From Promethearchaeota archaeon (GTDB lineage Archaea; Asgardarchaeota; Lokiarchaeia; Sigyniarchaeales; SOKP01): DNA of 44,635 nucleotides. Shown piece by piece: positions 27,317 to 36,931 of the stretch (the stretch's first letter is position 1; each line of letters starts with the position of its first letter). A program made the position numbers and the translations under genes. Location: positions 1 through 44,635 of the forward strand of contig SDNY01000014.1 in the NCBI GenBank assembly GCA_004524535.1, read 5' to 3'. Below the pieces are notes generated by a model. That model saw only the letters and a program-made list of their open reading frames with translations, had not been told where the DNA came from and searched no databases.

Positions 27317-28708
27317 ATGTCGGATGGATTTCGTAAAGAAAAAGATGTGTTAGGAGAAATAAATGTCCCAAAGGATGTATACTGGGGCATAAATACTCAA
27401 CGGGCGTTGAATAATTTTAAAATAAGCGGAAAAACATTCCCTGATGTTTTCATAATAGCGCTTGCCATTATTAAAAAAGCGTGTATAAAGGCAAATTTAA
27501 AATTGGGACTGTTAGAAAAAGAGTTAGCTAATGCTTTATTAAAGGCAGTTGATGAGATTATTGTTGAGAAAAAATATCTTGATCAATTTCCAATTGATAT
27601 TTATCAGACAGGTTCTGGAACTCAAACAAATATGAATATGAATGAAGTATTGGCAAATAGAGCAAATGAGATTTTAGGATATCTTAAAGGCAAAAAAGAA
27701 CCTGTTCATCCAAATGATCATGTAAATATGGGTCAATCGTCTAATGATGTTATTCCTTCTGCAATGTATTTAGCAACTTATAAAATTATTAAAGAAGAAT
27801 TATTGCCAATATTACGTGAGCTAAATAATATTTTAGAAAAAAAAATAGAACAATTTAATGATATTATCAAAGTTGGTAGAACTCATTTGCAGGATGCTGT
27901 TCCAATTCCCTTATCTTTAGAATTTAAAGCGTATAGAGATCATAATCAGTTTGTTATTGAGAAATTAGAAAGCAGTTTTCCTCATTTAGCAAAAATACCT
28001 ATTGGAGGTACTGCTGTTGGAACAGGATTAAATGCTCATAAAGATTTGGCAAGATTGGTATGCTCAAATTTAAAAGAATATTTTGGATTTTCCATTGAAC
28101 CAAGTGAAAATAAAGCGCAAAATATTTCATCTCATATGATACTTGTTGATGTGAGTGGAACTCTCCGTCTTATAGCTCTCAATCTTTTAAAAATGGCAAA
28201 TGATATTCGTTGGATGGGAAGCGGTCCAAGGGCAGGATTAGGAGAATTGAGATTGCCTTCTAATGAACCCGGTTCTTCTATTATGCCTGGTAAAGTAAAT
28301 CCTACTCAATGTGAAATGTTAATTCAAGTAAGCCTAAAAGTATTGGGTAATGATTCAGTCGTGGAATTAGCAGAAAGTCATGGAAGTATTTTAGATCTTA
28401 ATGTTTGTAAGCCGATAATGATATATAGCATACTTGACTCAATATATATTCTAATTAATGGCGTAAGATCATTTACAGAGAATTGTTTAAAAGGATTAGA
28501 AGTAAATAAGGATAATATTAAATCGCAATTAGATCGAATGTTAATGATTGTGACAAATCTAAATCCTATTATCGGATATGATAAAGCATCAGAAGTAGCT
28601 CAAAAAGCATATAAAGAGAATAAAACAATAAAAGAAGTAATTTTAGAGATGGGTATAAAAATTGAAGGAGATCTTGATGACTTATTAGACCCTAAAAAAA
28701 TGGTTTAA
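27317..28708 (+). CDS. fumC: Class II fumarate hydratase
   Basis: QTGSGTQTNMN, HPNDHVN, GRTHLQDA and GSSIMPGKVNP motifs. Confidence 0.93.
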   Translation: MSDGFRKEKDVLGEINVPKDVYWGINTQRALNNFKISGKTFPDVFIIALAIIKKACIKANLKLGLLEKELANALLKAVDEIIVEKKYLDQFPIDIYQTGSGTQTNMNMNEVLANRANEILGYLKGKKEPVHPNDHVNMGQSSNDVIPSAMYLATYKIIKEELLPILRELNNILEKKIEQFNDIIKVGRTHLQDAVPIPLSLEFKAYRDHNQFVIEKLESSFPHLAKIPIGGTAVGTGLNAHKDLARLVCSNLKEYFGFSIEPSENKAQNISSHMILVDVSGTLRLIALNLLKMANDIRWMGSGPRAGLGELRLPSNEPGSSIMPGKVNPTQCEMLIQVSLKVLGNDSVVELAESHGSILDLNVCKPIMIYSILDSIYILINGVRSFTENCLKGLEVNKDNIKSQLDRMLMIVTNLNPIIGYDKASEVAQKAYKENKTIKEVILEMGIKIEGDLDDLLDPKKMV

Positions 28709-28723
28709 TGTGGGTATGAAAAA

Positions 28724-30658
28724 ATGACATCGATTGCGAAAAAGATTTTAATAGATCATTTAGTTGAAGGAGAGCTTAAAATTGGAGAAGAAATTGGTAT
28801 TAAAATAGATAATACTCTTACTCAAGACGCAACTGGCACGATGGCTTATCTTCAATTTGAAGCAATGAATTTAGAGAAAGTTAAAACAGAATTATCCGTA
28901 TCTTTTGTGGATCATAATACACTTCAAACTGACTCCAGAAATGCCGATGATCATCGCTATTTAGCTTCTGTTGCAGCAAAATATGGAATAAAATTTTCGA
29001 AACCTGGTAATGGTATTTGCCATCAAGTTTTTCTTGAGAGATTTGCTAGACCTGGAAAAACATTAATAGGCTCCGATTCACACACTCCGACAGCTGGAGC
29101 TATGGGAATGATCGCGATTGGTGCTGGTGGTTTAGATGTTGCTGTGGCTATGGGCGGAGGATTATTTTATTTAAAAACACCAAAGATAATTGGTATAAAA
29201 TTAACTGGAAGTTTACCTCAATTTGTTTCTGCTAAAGATGTAATTTTAGAAATATTAAGAAGGATAGATGTAAAAGGAGGAGTTGGGAAAATTTTAGAAT
29301 ATTTTGGTCCTGGAGTAAAAACCTTATCGGTACCAGAACGAGCAACTATCACTAATATGGGAGCTGAAACAGGAGCAACAACATCGATATTTCCTTCTGA
29401 TGAAAGAACTAAAGAGTTTCTTCATCTTCAAAATAGAGAGAATGAATTTATTGAAATTCCTGAGGGAACTGAAAAAGATTATGATGAAATCATTGAAATT
29501 GATTTAAAAGATTTAGTTCCTTTAATGGCTAAACCACATTCTCCAGGCAATATTGTTCCGATATCTGACTTAGAAGGGATTAAAGTAGATCAAGTTGTAA
29601 TTGGATCTTGTACAAATAGTTCTTTAAAAGATATGTTAACAGTTGCGGCGCTTTTAAAAGATAAAAAAATTTATAGAGATGTTAATTTAGGGATCTCTCC
29701 CGGATCTAAACAAGTATTATTTCATTTAGCTAAAATTAGTGGATTGTCTGACATTATATCAGCTGGAGCGAGAATTCTTGAATCAGCGTGTGGACCTTGC
29801 ATAGGAATGGGCTTTGCCCCTAATTCTGATGCGGTAAGTATAAGAACTTTTAATAGAAATTTTTATGGAAGGAGCGGAACTGAAAGTGCACAGATATATC
29901 TTTGCAGTCCAGAATCTGCAGTAGCTACGGCACTCTATGGAAAAATTACAGATCCCCGGAAAATTGGTGCTTATCCTGAGATTGAAATCCCAGTGGCTCT
30001 AGAAATTGATGACTCTATGATTATTGACCCTGCTAAAGATCCAAAAACAGTTGATATTATAAGAGGTCCAAATATCATTCCCCTGCCAGAAATTAAACCT
30101 CTTTCTGAAAATATTACGGTTAGAGTCCTTATTAAAGTAAAAGATGACATTACAACTGATCATATATTACCTGCTGGTGCGAAAATTCTTCCATTCAGAT
30201 CAAATTTACCAAAAATAAGTGAATTTGTCTTTAAACAGGTTGATCCCACATTTTCAGAAAGAGCACTTCAAACAAAAGAAGAGGGGGGAGGAGTTATCAT
30301 TGGAGGAGAGAATTATGGTCAAGGGTCTAGTAGGGAACATGCTGCTTTAGCTCCTATGTATTTGGGTGTTAAGTTTGTAATCGCAAAATCTTTAGCTCGA
30401 ATTCATCGTGACAATTTAATAAATTTTGGGATTATTCCATTTACTTTCAAAACAAATAAAGATTATAACACGCTAAAGAAAAATGATATTCTTGAATTGT
30501 CCGATATAAGGAAAAAAATAGAGGAGAATTTAAAAATAATACCTATTACTAATATTTCTCAAAAATATACAATTGAGGTTCAGCATGACCTCTCTGATCG
30601 TGAGAGAGAAATTATTCTTGCAGGAGGAAAATTGAATTACACTAGAAATAATTTATAA
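28724..30658 (+). CDS. acn: Aconitate hydratase (short, about 640-aa type)
   Basis: TQDATGT, GSDSHT, GSCTN, CGPCIG, ITTDHI and NYGQGSSREHAA motifs. Confidence 0.93.
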   Translation: MTSIAKKILIDHLVEGELKIGEEIGIKIDNTLTQDATGTMAYLQFEAMNLEKVKTELSVSFVDHNTLQTDSRNADDHRYLASVAAKYGIKFSKPGNGICHQVFLERFARPGKTLIGSDSHTPTAGAMGMIAIGAGGLDVAVAMGGGLFYLKTPKIIGIKLTGSLPQFVSAKDVILEILRRIDVKGGVGKILEYFGPGVKTLSVPERATITNMGAETGATTSIFPSDERTKEFLHLQNRENEFIEIPEGTEKDYDEIIEIDLKDLVPLMAKPHSPGNIVPISDLEGIKVDQVVIGSCTNSSLKDMLTVAALLKDKKIYRDVNLGISPGSKQVLFHLAKISGLSDIISAGARILESACGPCIGMGFAPNSDAVSIRTFNRNFYGRSGTESAQIYLCSPESAVATALYGKITDPRKIGAYPEIEIPVALEIDDSMIIDPAKDPKTVDIIRGPNIIPLPEIKPLSENITVRVLIKVKDDITTDHILPAGAKILPFRSNLPKISEFVFKQVDPTFSERALQTKEEGGGVIIGGENYGQGSSREHAALAPMYLGVKFVIAKSLARIHRDNLINFGIIPFTFKTNKDYNTLKKNDILELSDIRKKIEENLKIIPITNISQKYTIEVQHDLSDREREIILAGGKLNYTRNNL

Positions 30659-31753
30659 TACTTGGGTAAACCAACCTACGATTCTTAATTTATCTGCAAA
30701 TTTATTTAGTTCGGTTATAATTCCTTTTAGTCCAGAACCATCATGATATAGTAATTTATCAAATTTAATTGTTGCACTTCCCTTTTTACCTGGACTTAGC
30801 TCATCTCCTTCTATAAATTTCATAGGGGAGGCTTTTAAATTAACAATTGCATGATATTGAATTGCTTCTCCAGGTTTAATGCTTCCACCTTTTGGTTTAT
30901 AAAATGGATTAATATATACATTAGCTTCAATCTTTTTTTCTTGTTTGAAAATACCCTGTGAGACCAACATATTATCTCTGCTGATATCTTTAGGGGATAT
31001 ATTCCCTTTCAAGGCCAAACCAACTCTATCTCCTTCAAAAGCACTTTTAAAATTACGATCATGCTTTTGAATATTTCTAATGATTACTTTCTTGCCAGTT
31101 TCTTCATATCCCACAAGTTCAAGCATTTGGCTTGTATTTAGTTTCCCTTTTTTTACTACGCCTAGTATTACCGTTCCAATTCCTTTTACTGGAAAGGAAT
31201 GATCAATAAGAACTTGAGTATAAGAATGATTCTCGTTGCTTTCCTCACTTAAAATAGTATCTTCCATCTCGATTATCATACTTTTAAGAAGATCAAAGTC
31301 AGATTTCTCTCGAATTTCGAATAGTTCAAGGCTTCCTATTGAAGTAGTTTTCAAGATATCATTCAGTTGTTTCTTTGTCTGTTTTAATTTCCATTCCGTT
31401 TTAGAATTGATGTTTGCTATTACTACCAAGGATTTTTTATTAAAGATTTGATGGAAAATGTCCATTCCAACTAGTATTTCTCCCACAGCCGGGTTTAACC
31501 CTATTTCTAAATCAATTACCAACACATAAATATTCGTAATCATTAAAACTTGTATGAGGGGTTTTATTTTATCTGGATACTCTACGGGTGTCAGTGCACA
31601 AAAAACTTGACCTAAATTCGCATCTAAACGATTATAGAATTGAATATCTGATCTTGTGCCTGGTGCACCGAACGCTTGTCCTATGAGGTTACATTGTTCA
31701 AAATTATTACCAAAAATCCCAATTAAAAAATTTCGTTCTTTAGTCTGACTCAT
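30653..31753 (-). CDS. SelB-like protein with degenerate G domain (EF-Tu domains II/III)
   Basis: IDHSFPVKGIGTVILG and GDRVGLAL present; no intact P-loop, DxPG or NKxD motif. Confidence 0.8.
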   Translation of the reverse strand: MSQTKERNFLIGIFGNNFEQCNLIGQAFGAPGTRSDIQFYNRLDANLGQVFCALTPVEYPDKIKPLIQVLMITNIYVLVIDLEIGLNPAVGEILVGMDIFHQIFNKKSLVVIANINSKTEWKLKQTKKQLNDILKTTSIGSLELFEIREKSDFDLLKSMIIEMEDTILSEESNENHSYTQVLIDHSFPVKGIGTVILGVVKKGKLNTSQMLELVGYEETGKKVIIRNIQKHDRNFKSAFEGDRVGLALKGNISPKDISRDNMLVSQGIFKQEKKIEANVYINPFYKPKGGSIKPGEAIQYHAIVNLKASPMKFIEGDELSPGKKGSATIKFDKLLYHDGSGLKGIITELNKFADKLRIVGWFTQVL

Positions 31754-31872
31754 ACTGATTTAGAAAATATCACATCAGAGAAAAATTTTTCTCAGTTATA
31801 ATTTATAAAGATAATTTATATTTAGAGAGATGTCTGTTGAAATAATAATAATGTATATTAAGGTCGATTTTC

Positions 31873-33375
31873 ATGAATGAGATTGAAGAATTTTCGATAA
31901 TGAAAGACGGTTTAGACTATAAATATTTTGTTGATGGAAAATGGAAGAATTCTGAATCAGGTAAAATTATTCCAATTAGAAATCCATATAATAATGAATT
32001 AGTAGGTAATATTCAAGCTTGTACAAAGGAAGAAGCAGATCGAATAATAGAATGCGCTAGGAGTAATATTGAGTGTTGGAATGAGACTCCTATAAGAGAG
32101 CGAGCAGAAATTTTACGTGAGGCAGCTAAATTGATGATAAAATGGTCTAACCCTTTAGGATCTTTATTAATGAAAGAGATCGGTAAACCCATTAAAAGTT
32201 CGATTTCTGAGATTACAAGAACTGCTGATATTTTTAATGCTACAGCTGATTCAGCCTCTCAAATTTCAGGTGAAACAATGATGGGTGATGTTTTTAAAGG
32301 ATTTACACGAGAAACAATCTCTATGACCTATAGAGTTCCCTTGGGCGTTGTATTGTGTATAGGTCCTTTTAACTATCCTTTCAATTTAACAGGCTCAAAA
32401 ATTGCTCCGGCTTTATTAGCAGGAAATTCTGTAGTAATGAAACCTCCAACTCAAGGAGCTCTTACACCCTTACATTTTGGTATCATTTTAGAAAAAGTTG
32501 GTGTCCCACCTGGTGTCTTTAATATTATAACTGGACGTGGTTCTGAAATTGGAGATTATTTAACCGCTCATCCAAAGATAGACATGATAAGTTTTACAGG
32601 CTCATCTGAGACAGGAAAGAATCTAGCAAAAATGGCTGGAATGAAGCCATTATTATTAGAATTGGGCGGAAAAGATGCTGCTATAGTTCTTAATGATGCG
32701 AATTTAGATCTTGTAGTGAAATCAATTATATCTGGAGCCTTTTCATTTAGTGGTCAACGCTGTACAGCTGTCAAAAGAGTACTACCCATGCCAAATATCG
32801 CTGATAAGCTCGTTGAAAATGTAACAGAATCAACACTTAAATTAACCGTTGGTGATCCTGCCGAAAATAATACAATTGGACCTCTTATTAGCTCAAAACA
32901 ATGTGATTATGTCCAAGGACTAATTGATGATGCCTTAGAAAAAGGAGCAACCCTGAAATGTGGAAATAAACGTGAGGGAAATATTATGTGGCCTACAATT
33001 TTAGATCATGTAACAACTGATATGCGTGTTGCTTGGGAAGAACCTTTCGGACCCATACTCCCTTTCATACGTATTAATAGTGCCGAAGAAGCCATACAGA
33101 TCTCAAATCAATCAGAATATGGCTTACAGGGAATGATTTTTACCGAAAATATTGATCTTGCATTTAACATCGCTCAAGAATTAGAAGTAGGATCAGTACA
33201 AATTAACGGAAAAAGTTCAAGGGGACCTGATCATTTTCCTTTTTTAGGAACAAAATCTTCTGGACTAGGAACTCAAGGCATAAGATATTCTATTGAAGCA
33301 ATGAGTAGACCAAAAGTTATTGTAATGAATCTCTCTGAAAAAGGAAAATTAGTAAAAGAATGTAAGTATGATTAA
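31873..33375 (+). CDS. gapN: Non-phosphorylating NADP-dependent glyceraldehyde-3-phosphate dehydrogenase
   Basis: PFNYP, FTGS, ELGGKD, GQRCTAVKRV, EEPFGP and RGPDHFPFLG.K.SG motifs. Confidence 0.85.
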   Translation: MNEIEEFSIMKDGLDYKYFVDGKWKNSESGKIIPIRNPYNNELVGNIQACTKEEADRIIECARSNIECWNETPIRERAEILREAAKLMIKWSNPLGSLLMKEIGKPIKSSISEITRTADIFNATADSASQISGETMMGDVFKGFTRETISMTYRVPLGVVLCIGPFNYPFNLTGSKIAPALLAGNSVVMKPPTQGALTPLHFGIILEKVGVPPGVFNIITGRGSEIGDYLTAHPKIDMISFTGSSETGKNLAKMAGMKPLLLELGGKDAAIVLNDANLDLVVKSIISGAFSFSGQRCTAVKRVLPMPNIADKLVENVTESTLKLTVGDPAENNTIGPLISSKQCDYVQGLIDDALEKGATLKCGNKREGNIMWPTILDHVTTDMRVAWEEPFGPILPFIRINSAEEAIQISNQSEYGLQGMIFTENIDLAFNIAQELEVGSVQINGKSSRGPDHFPFLGTKSSGLGTQGIRYSIEAMSRPKVIVMNLSEKGKLVKECKYD

Positions 33376-33465
33376 TTTCATTTACTATAGTAAAATAATT
33401 AGAAGATAAAAAAAAGATGAATTATGATTTAATAAATAGAAATCAATGGGCAAAAGAGAGAGCTG

Positions 33466-34113
33466 TCAAAAATTTTTCTCAATCCACTCTTCAAATTTCA
33501 TATTTCTGAGTTGTTCTGCCCACAGGATTTTGATATTAGGCTCTTGAGGTAGAAGTTGGCTTTCTTTCATGAGAGAATATAATTTTTCGATTGTTTTTTC
33601 CACCAAGATACCGTATAATTCAGAATTATTTTTCATATCGCCAAGTTCCTTTTCGATTTCTTTTTTTGTATTTTTGATAATCTGCACCCAATTTTCTGCG
33701 AAACGTGAAATATATTTTTCTATATTATTATAATTTTCCATCTTCAGAATTGGAAAAGTCAAGGCGTATTTATTATCCTCTATTTTTTTTATTAAATTAT
33801 TCCATTCTAAAGTCAATAAGTGATTTTCAATTGTTTCAACTGTCCATTGATAGGAGATATTGCATTTATATTCTTCTGATTTAATTAATAAAGGGTTAGG
33901 TGAAAAATTTATTCTACTATAAATTTCATCAAAATTCTTTGGTCCTTCAGATAATTTTATTAAAATTTCCCTTCTTACCTTATTTTCAACAACCCAAGGG
34001 ATTTCCCCTTCATCCCAGGGCTTATTCGACGCAAAATCGTACCATGGTTGAATCTCATCAATATCAATTTTACCAATAAAACGATAATCATTATATTTCG
34101 TGTTTTCTTTCAT
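33466..34113 (-). CDS. Hypothetical protein with winged-helix-like domain
   Basis: NKVRREILIKLSEGPKNFDEI...TIENHLLTLEWNNLI...KYALT resembles an ArsR-type wHTH with an insertion. Confidence 0.55.
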   Translation of the reverse strand: MKENTKYNDYRFIGKIDIDEIQPWYDFASNKPWDEGEIPWVVENKVRREILIKLSEGPKNFDEIYSRINFSPNPLLIKSEEYKCNISYQWTVETIENHLLTLEWNNLIKKIEDNKYALTFPILKMENYNNIEKYISRFAENWVQIIKNTKKEIEKELGDMKNNSELYGILVEKTIEKLYSLMKESQLLPQEPNIKILWAEQLRNMKFEEWIEKNF

Positions 34114-34176
34114 TTAATTCTCACTCAACAAGTGTTTTTTTTATAAGTTATTTTTTAGAAAATGCGTCAATTCTTT

Positions 34177-35139
34177 TTATTCTTCTCCTAGCATTGCTTC
34201 TATTAGAATTTCAGTTGCTTCTTCTTCAGTAAGGCCTTTTGCCATAATCTCATCTAACCATTTTTGAGGAAATCGTCCTAGTGATGCTTCATGAGAGACA
34301 CTTGAAGTAGGATCCGTTGCTCGAATAAAAGGTCGTGCCCTACAAATAGAACCTTTTCCAAGCACAATTTCACTACACTCGACATGTCCATTGCAATAGG
34401 GGGCATTACCTTCCGTTATTCCATACATCAGAACTTCCCCGCCATCTTTCGCTGCTGCTTTCATTTTTAAGACGCTACTTGCATTTTGCCCCTCTAAATA
34501 GATAGCATCTCGTATTCTTACGGAGTCATTTTTATTTTTTCCAAAAGCTTTTACATTAGATCTTATTACACTATTTTCCATAGCGTAAATATCAAGCATA
34601 ATTTTTACTTTTCCAGGTGTTCCTTTAGTTAAATTAAATACATTTTCGAATATACTGTTTTCTCCGACGTACATATACCCAACAGGAGCCACCAAGGCTC
34701 CACTATTCTCTCCATGATAATGTGTTTCTGTATATGTGAAATTACAATTCTTTCCTATATAGAAATGTCCATACATTTTGTGTATCAATCCATTGGCATT
34801 CGGAAAACTGCAATGAGCTTGAACCTTAACATCTGTGTTATCTTCTGCGATAATTCTTGGAAATATTTCTTGCACTCCAGTTTCTTTATTGACGCCAAAA
34901 CATAGATGAACGGGCTCATCAATTTTTGTACCTTCTTTTATTATAACATCTGCCACAATACCATTAGGAATTTCTTTCCCTCTTAAAATAATTCCTTCAT
35001 ATTGTTCAATTCCCTTAATTCTATTAAAATCAAGAAGAAGTTTAGCCCCTCCCCCATGTCCAGGTAGGAAGTCTCTTATATCAATATTATAATCCTCCAG
35101 ACTGTTTAGTATATCCTCTGGATAATCTTCTTTACTCAA
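34177..35139 (-). CDS. sufB: SufB/SufD family Fe-S scaffold (SmsB-like)
   Basis: PVHLCFG, AHCSFP, GHVECSE and SHEASLG motifs. Start is probably the TTG at 35139 behind GAGGAGG. Confidence 0.85.
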   Translation of the reverse strand: MSKEDYPEDILNSLEDYNIDIRDFLPGHGGGAKLLLDFNRIKGIEQYEGIILRGKEIPNGIVADVIIKEGTKIDEPVHLCFGVNKETGVQEIFPRIIAEDNTDVKVQAHCSFPNANGLIHKMYGHFYIGKNCNFTYTETHYHGENSGALVAPVGYMYVGENSIFENVFNLTKGTPGKVKIMLDIYAMENSVIRSNVKAFGKNKNDSVRIRDAIYLEGQNASSVLKMKAAAKDGGEVLMYGITEGNAPYCNGHVECSEIVLGKGSICRARPFIRATDPTSSVSHEASLGRFPQKWLDEIMAKGLTEEEATEILIEAMLGEE

Positions 35140-35932
35140 ACGGTTCCTCCTCGTTAAATATTCTATCAATATAATCTTCTGGAAAACATGGCTTGCCTTC
35201 TTTATATAATGTTCTTTTGCAAAATTCTTTTAGACCTGCTTTTTTACAATATCTCAGCATAACATAGGGAAATAAATCTGTAATCAATACATCGCCATGC
35301 CAGATTAATGTTCCATAATCTGCAACCATTCCAATTTCTTCTCGATGGGTGATTAATAAGATGGTCATATTCAATTTTTTGATTTTATTAAAAATATTCA
35401 TGAAATCCTCTGTTATTATAACATCAAGTCCACTATCAGGTTCGTCCAATATGATGAGTCTCGGTTTCATAGCAACAACAGCAGCAAGTTCTATTCTTTT
35501 CCTCTCACCGCCACTTAATGAATTATCAATATAACGATTCACATATTTTTTAGAAGGTAAGTTCACTATCTCTAATGCTTCGGTGACTTTTTCTCCCAAA
35601 TTGCTTTTATCCTTTATACCAAGTGAGACATATTTCTTCACCGATAAACCTTCAATTCTGGCGGGTTCTTGCCAAGCCAATGTAATACCCATCTTTGATC
35701 GCTCTGTAATAGACATATCTGTAATATCTATTCCATCAAAATAGATTTTCCCTTGAAATGGCTTATAATTACTTAACCCCATAATTGAATAAGCTAATGT
35801 TGATTTCCCAGAACCGTTTGGACCAATAATAGCGTGAATAGAGCCTTCTCTTACATCAAATGACACATCATTGACGATAACGCATTTTTGATCGAATGTC
35901 GGGATTGTTAGATTTTTTACTTCTAAAAGCAA
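35132..35932 (-). CDS. sufC: SufC-like ABC ATPase (SmsC-like)
   Basis: GPNGSGKST, LAWQEP, LSGGERKRIE and ILDEPDSGLD motifs; three Cys in the C-terminal tail. Confidence 0.88.
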   Translation of the reverse strand: MLLEVKNLTIPTFDQKCVIVNDVSFDVREGSIHAIIGPNGSGKSTLAYSIMGLSNYKPFQGKIYFDGIDITDMSITERSKMGITLAWQEPARIEGLSVKKYVSLGIKDKSNLGEKVTEALEIVNLPSKKYVNRYIDNSLSGGERKRIELAAVVAMKPRLIILDEPDSGLDVIITEDFMNIFNKIKKLNMTILLITHREEIGMVADYGTLIWHGDVLITDLFPYVMLRYCKKAGLKEFCKRTLYKEGKPCFPEDYIDRIFNEEEPFE

Positions 35933-36221
35933 AAATAGACCCTTGGATTTGTTTATATGAAATTATTAATTAAATTGTTGTATGATATTTGATATTTAAT
36001 GATTATTCTAATATGTTAAAATAAAATCTAATTTAAGTTAAAAAATTCTCTTTAAAGAAATAACTTAAAATAACTTAATTTTTCATTTATTAATTAAATT
36101 CTTAACGTATTTATATGAAGATATCTAAAAATCAATCTTTTTTTATAATTTAAACAATAAAAATATTTTAAGAATTAATTTAAATAATACTAGTAGAAGT
36201 AAAAAAGGTGCTTATCTAAAT

Positions 36222-36911
36222 ATGTCTTATATTAAACAGCATGAAGATATTTTAAAAAATGAGATGGCAAAGTTAAAAAATGAGGTTCATATAATAGTTT
36301 TCACTGATGTTAAAGAACAAAATGGAGAGAAAGTAAGAAGATGCATGTCTTGTGATGGTACTATGAACCTATTAGAGCAACTTTCGGAGTTCTCAAATGG
36401 TAAATTGATGATAGAAGAGAAATCTATAGATATTGATGTAGATGAGGCAAAAAAATATAATGTTACAAGAATACCAACGATTCTATTCATTGATCAAGAA
36501 GAAAAAGAAGTTATTAGATATTTGGGAAATCCACTTGGTGCTGAAACAGCTCCATTTATTCAGAATCTAATATATTTCTCAGGTGTGAGAAGTTTTTATG
36601 AGGATGCAATCATAATGAATTTAAAGAATATGCAAAAATCAACATTAAAACTTTTTATAACCTTAACTTGTCCCTACTGTCCAAGTGTCGTACCAATTTC
36701 TGGTTTATTCGCAATATTATCTAGAGGGAAAATAAAGACCGAAATAATTGATGTTGATGTAAATCAAGACCTTGCAATGAAGTATCAAGTTCAAGGGGTA
36801 CCCCATGTTATGATTAATGAAGACCAACATATTTATGGTGTTTTTTCTCCTCAAGATTTATTAGATAAAATTACGAGGGGAAAATTAGATTTAGGAGGCA
36901 TGTATGCTTAA
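36222..36911 (+). CDS. Protein disulfide oxidoreductase (two thioredoxin folds)
   Basis: CMSC and TCPYCP motifs; RIPT and GVPH cis-Pro loops. Confidence 0.88.
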   Translation: MSYIKQHEDILKNEMAKLKNEVHIIVFTDVKEQNGEKVRRCMSCDGTMNLLEQLSEFSNGKLMIEEKSIDIDVDEAKKYNVTRIPTILFIDQEEKEVIRYLGNPLGAETAPFIQNLIYFSGVRSFYEDAIIMNLKNMQKSTLKLFITLTCPYCPSVVPISGLFAILSRGKIKTEIIDVDVNQDLAMKYQVQGVPHVMINEDQHIYGVFSPQDLLDKITRGKLDLGGMYA

Positions 36912-36931
36912 GAATTTACGAGGTGATTGAA

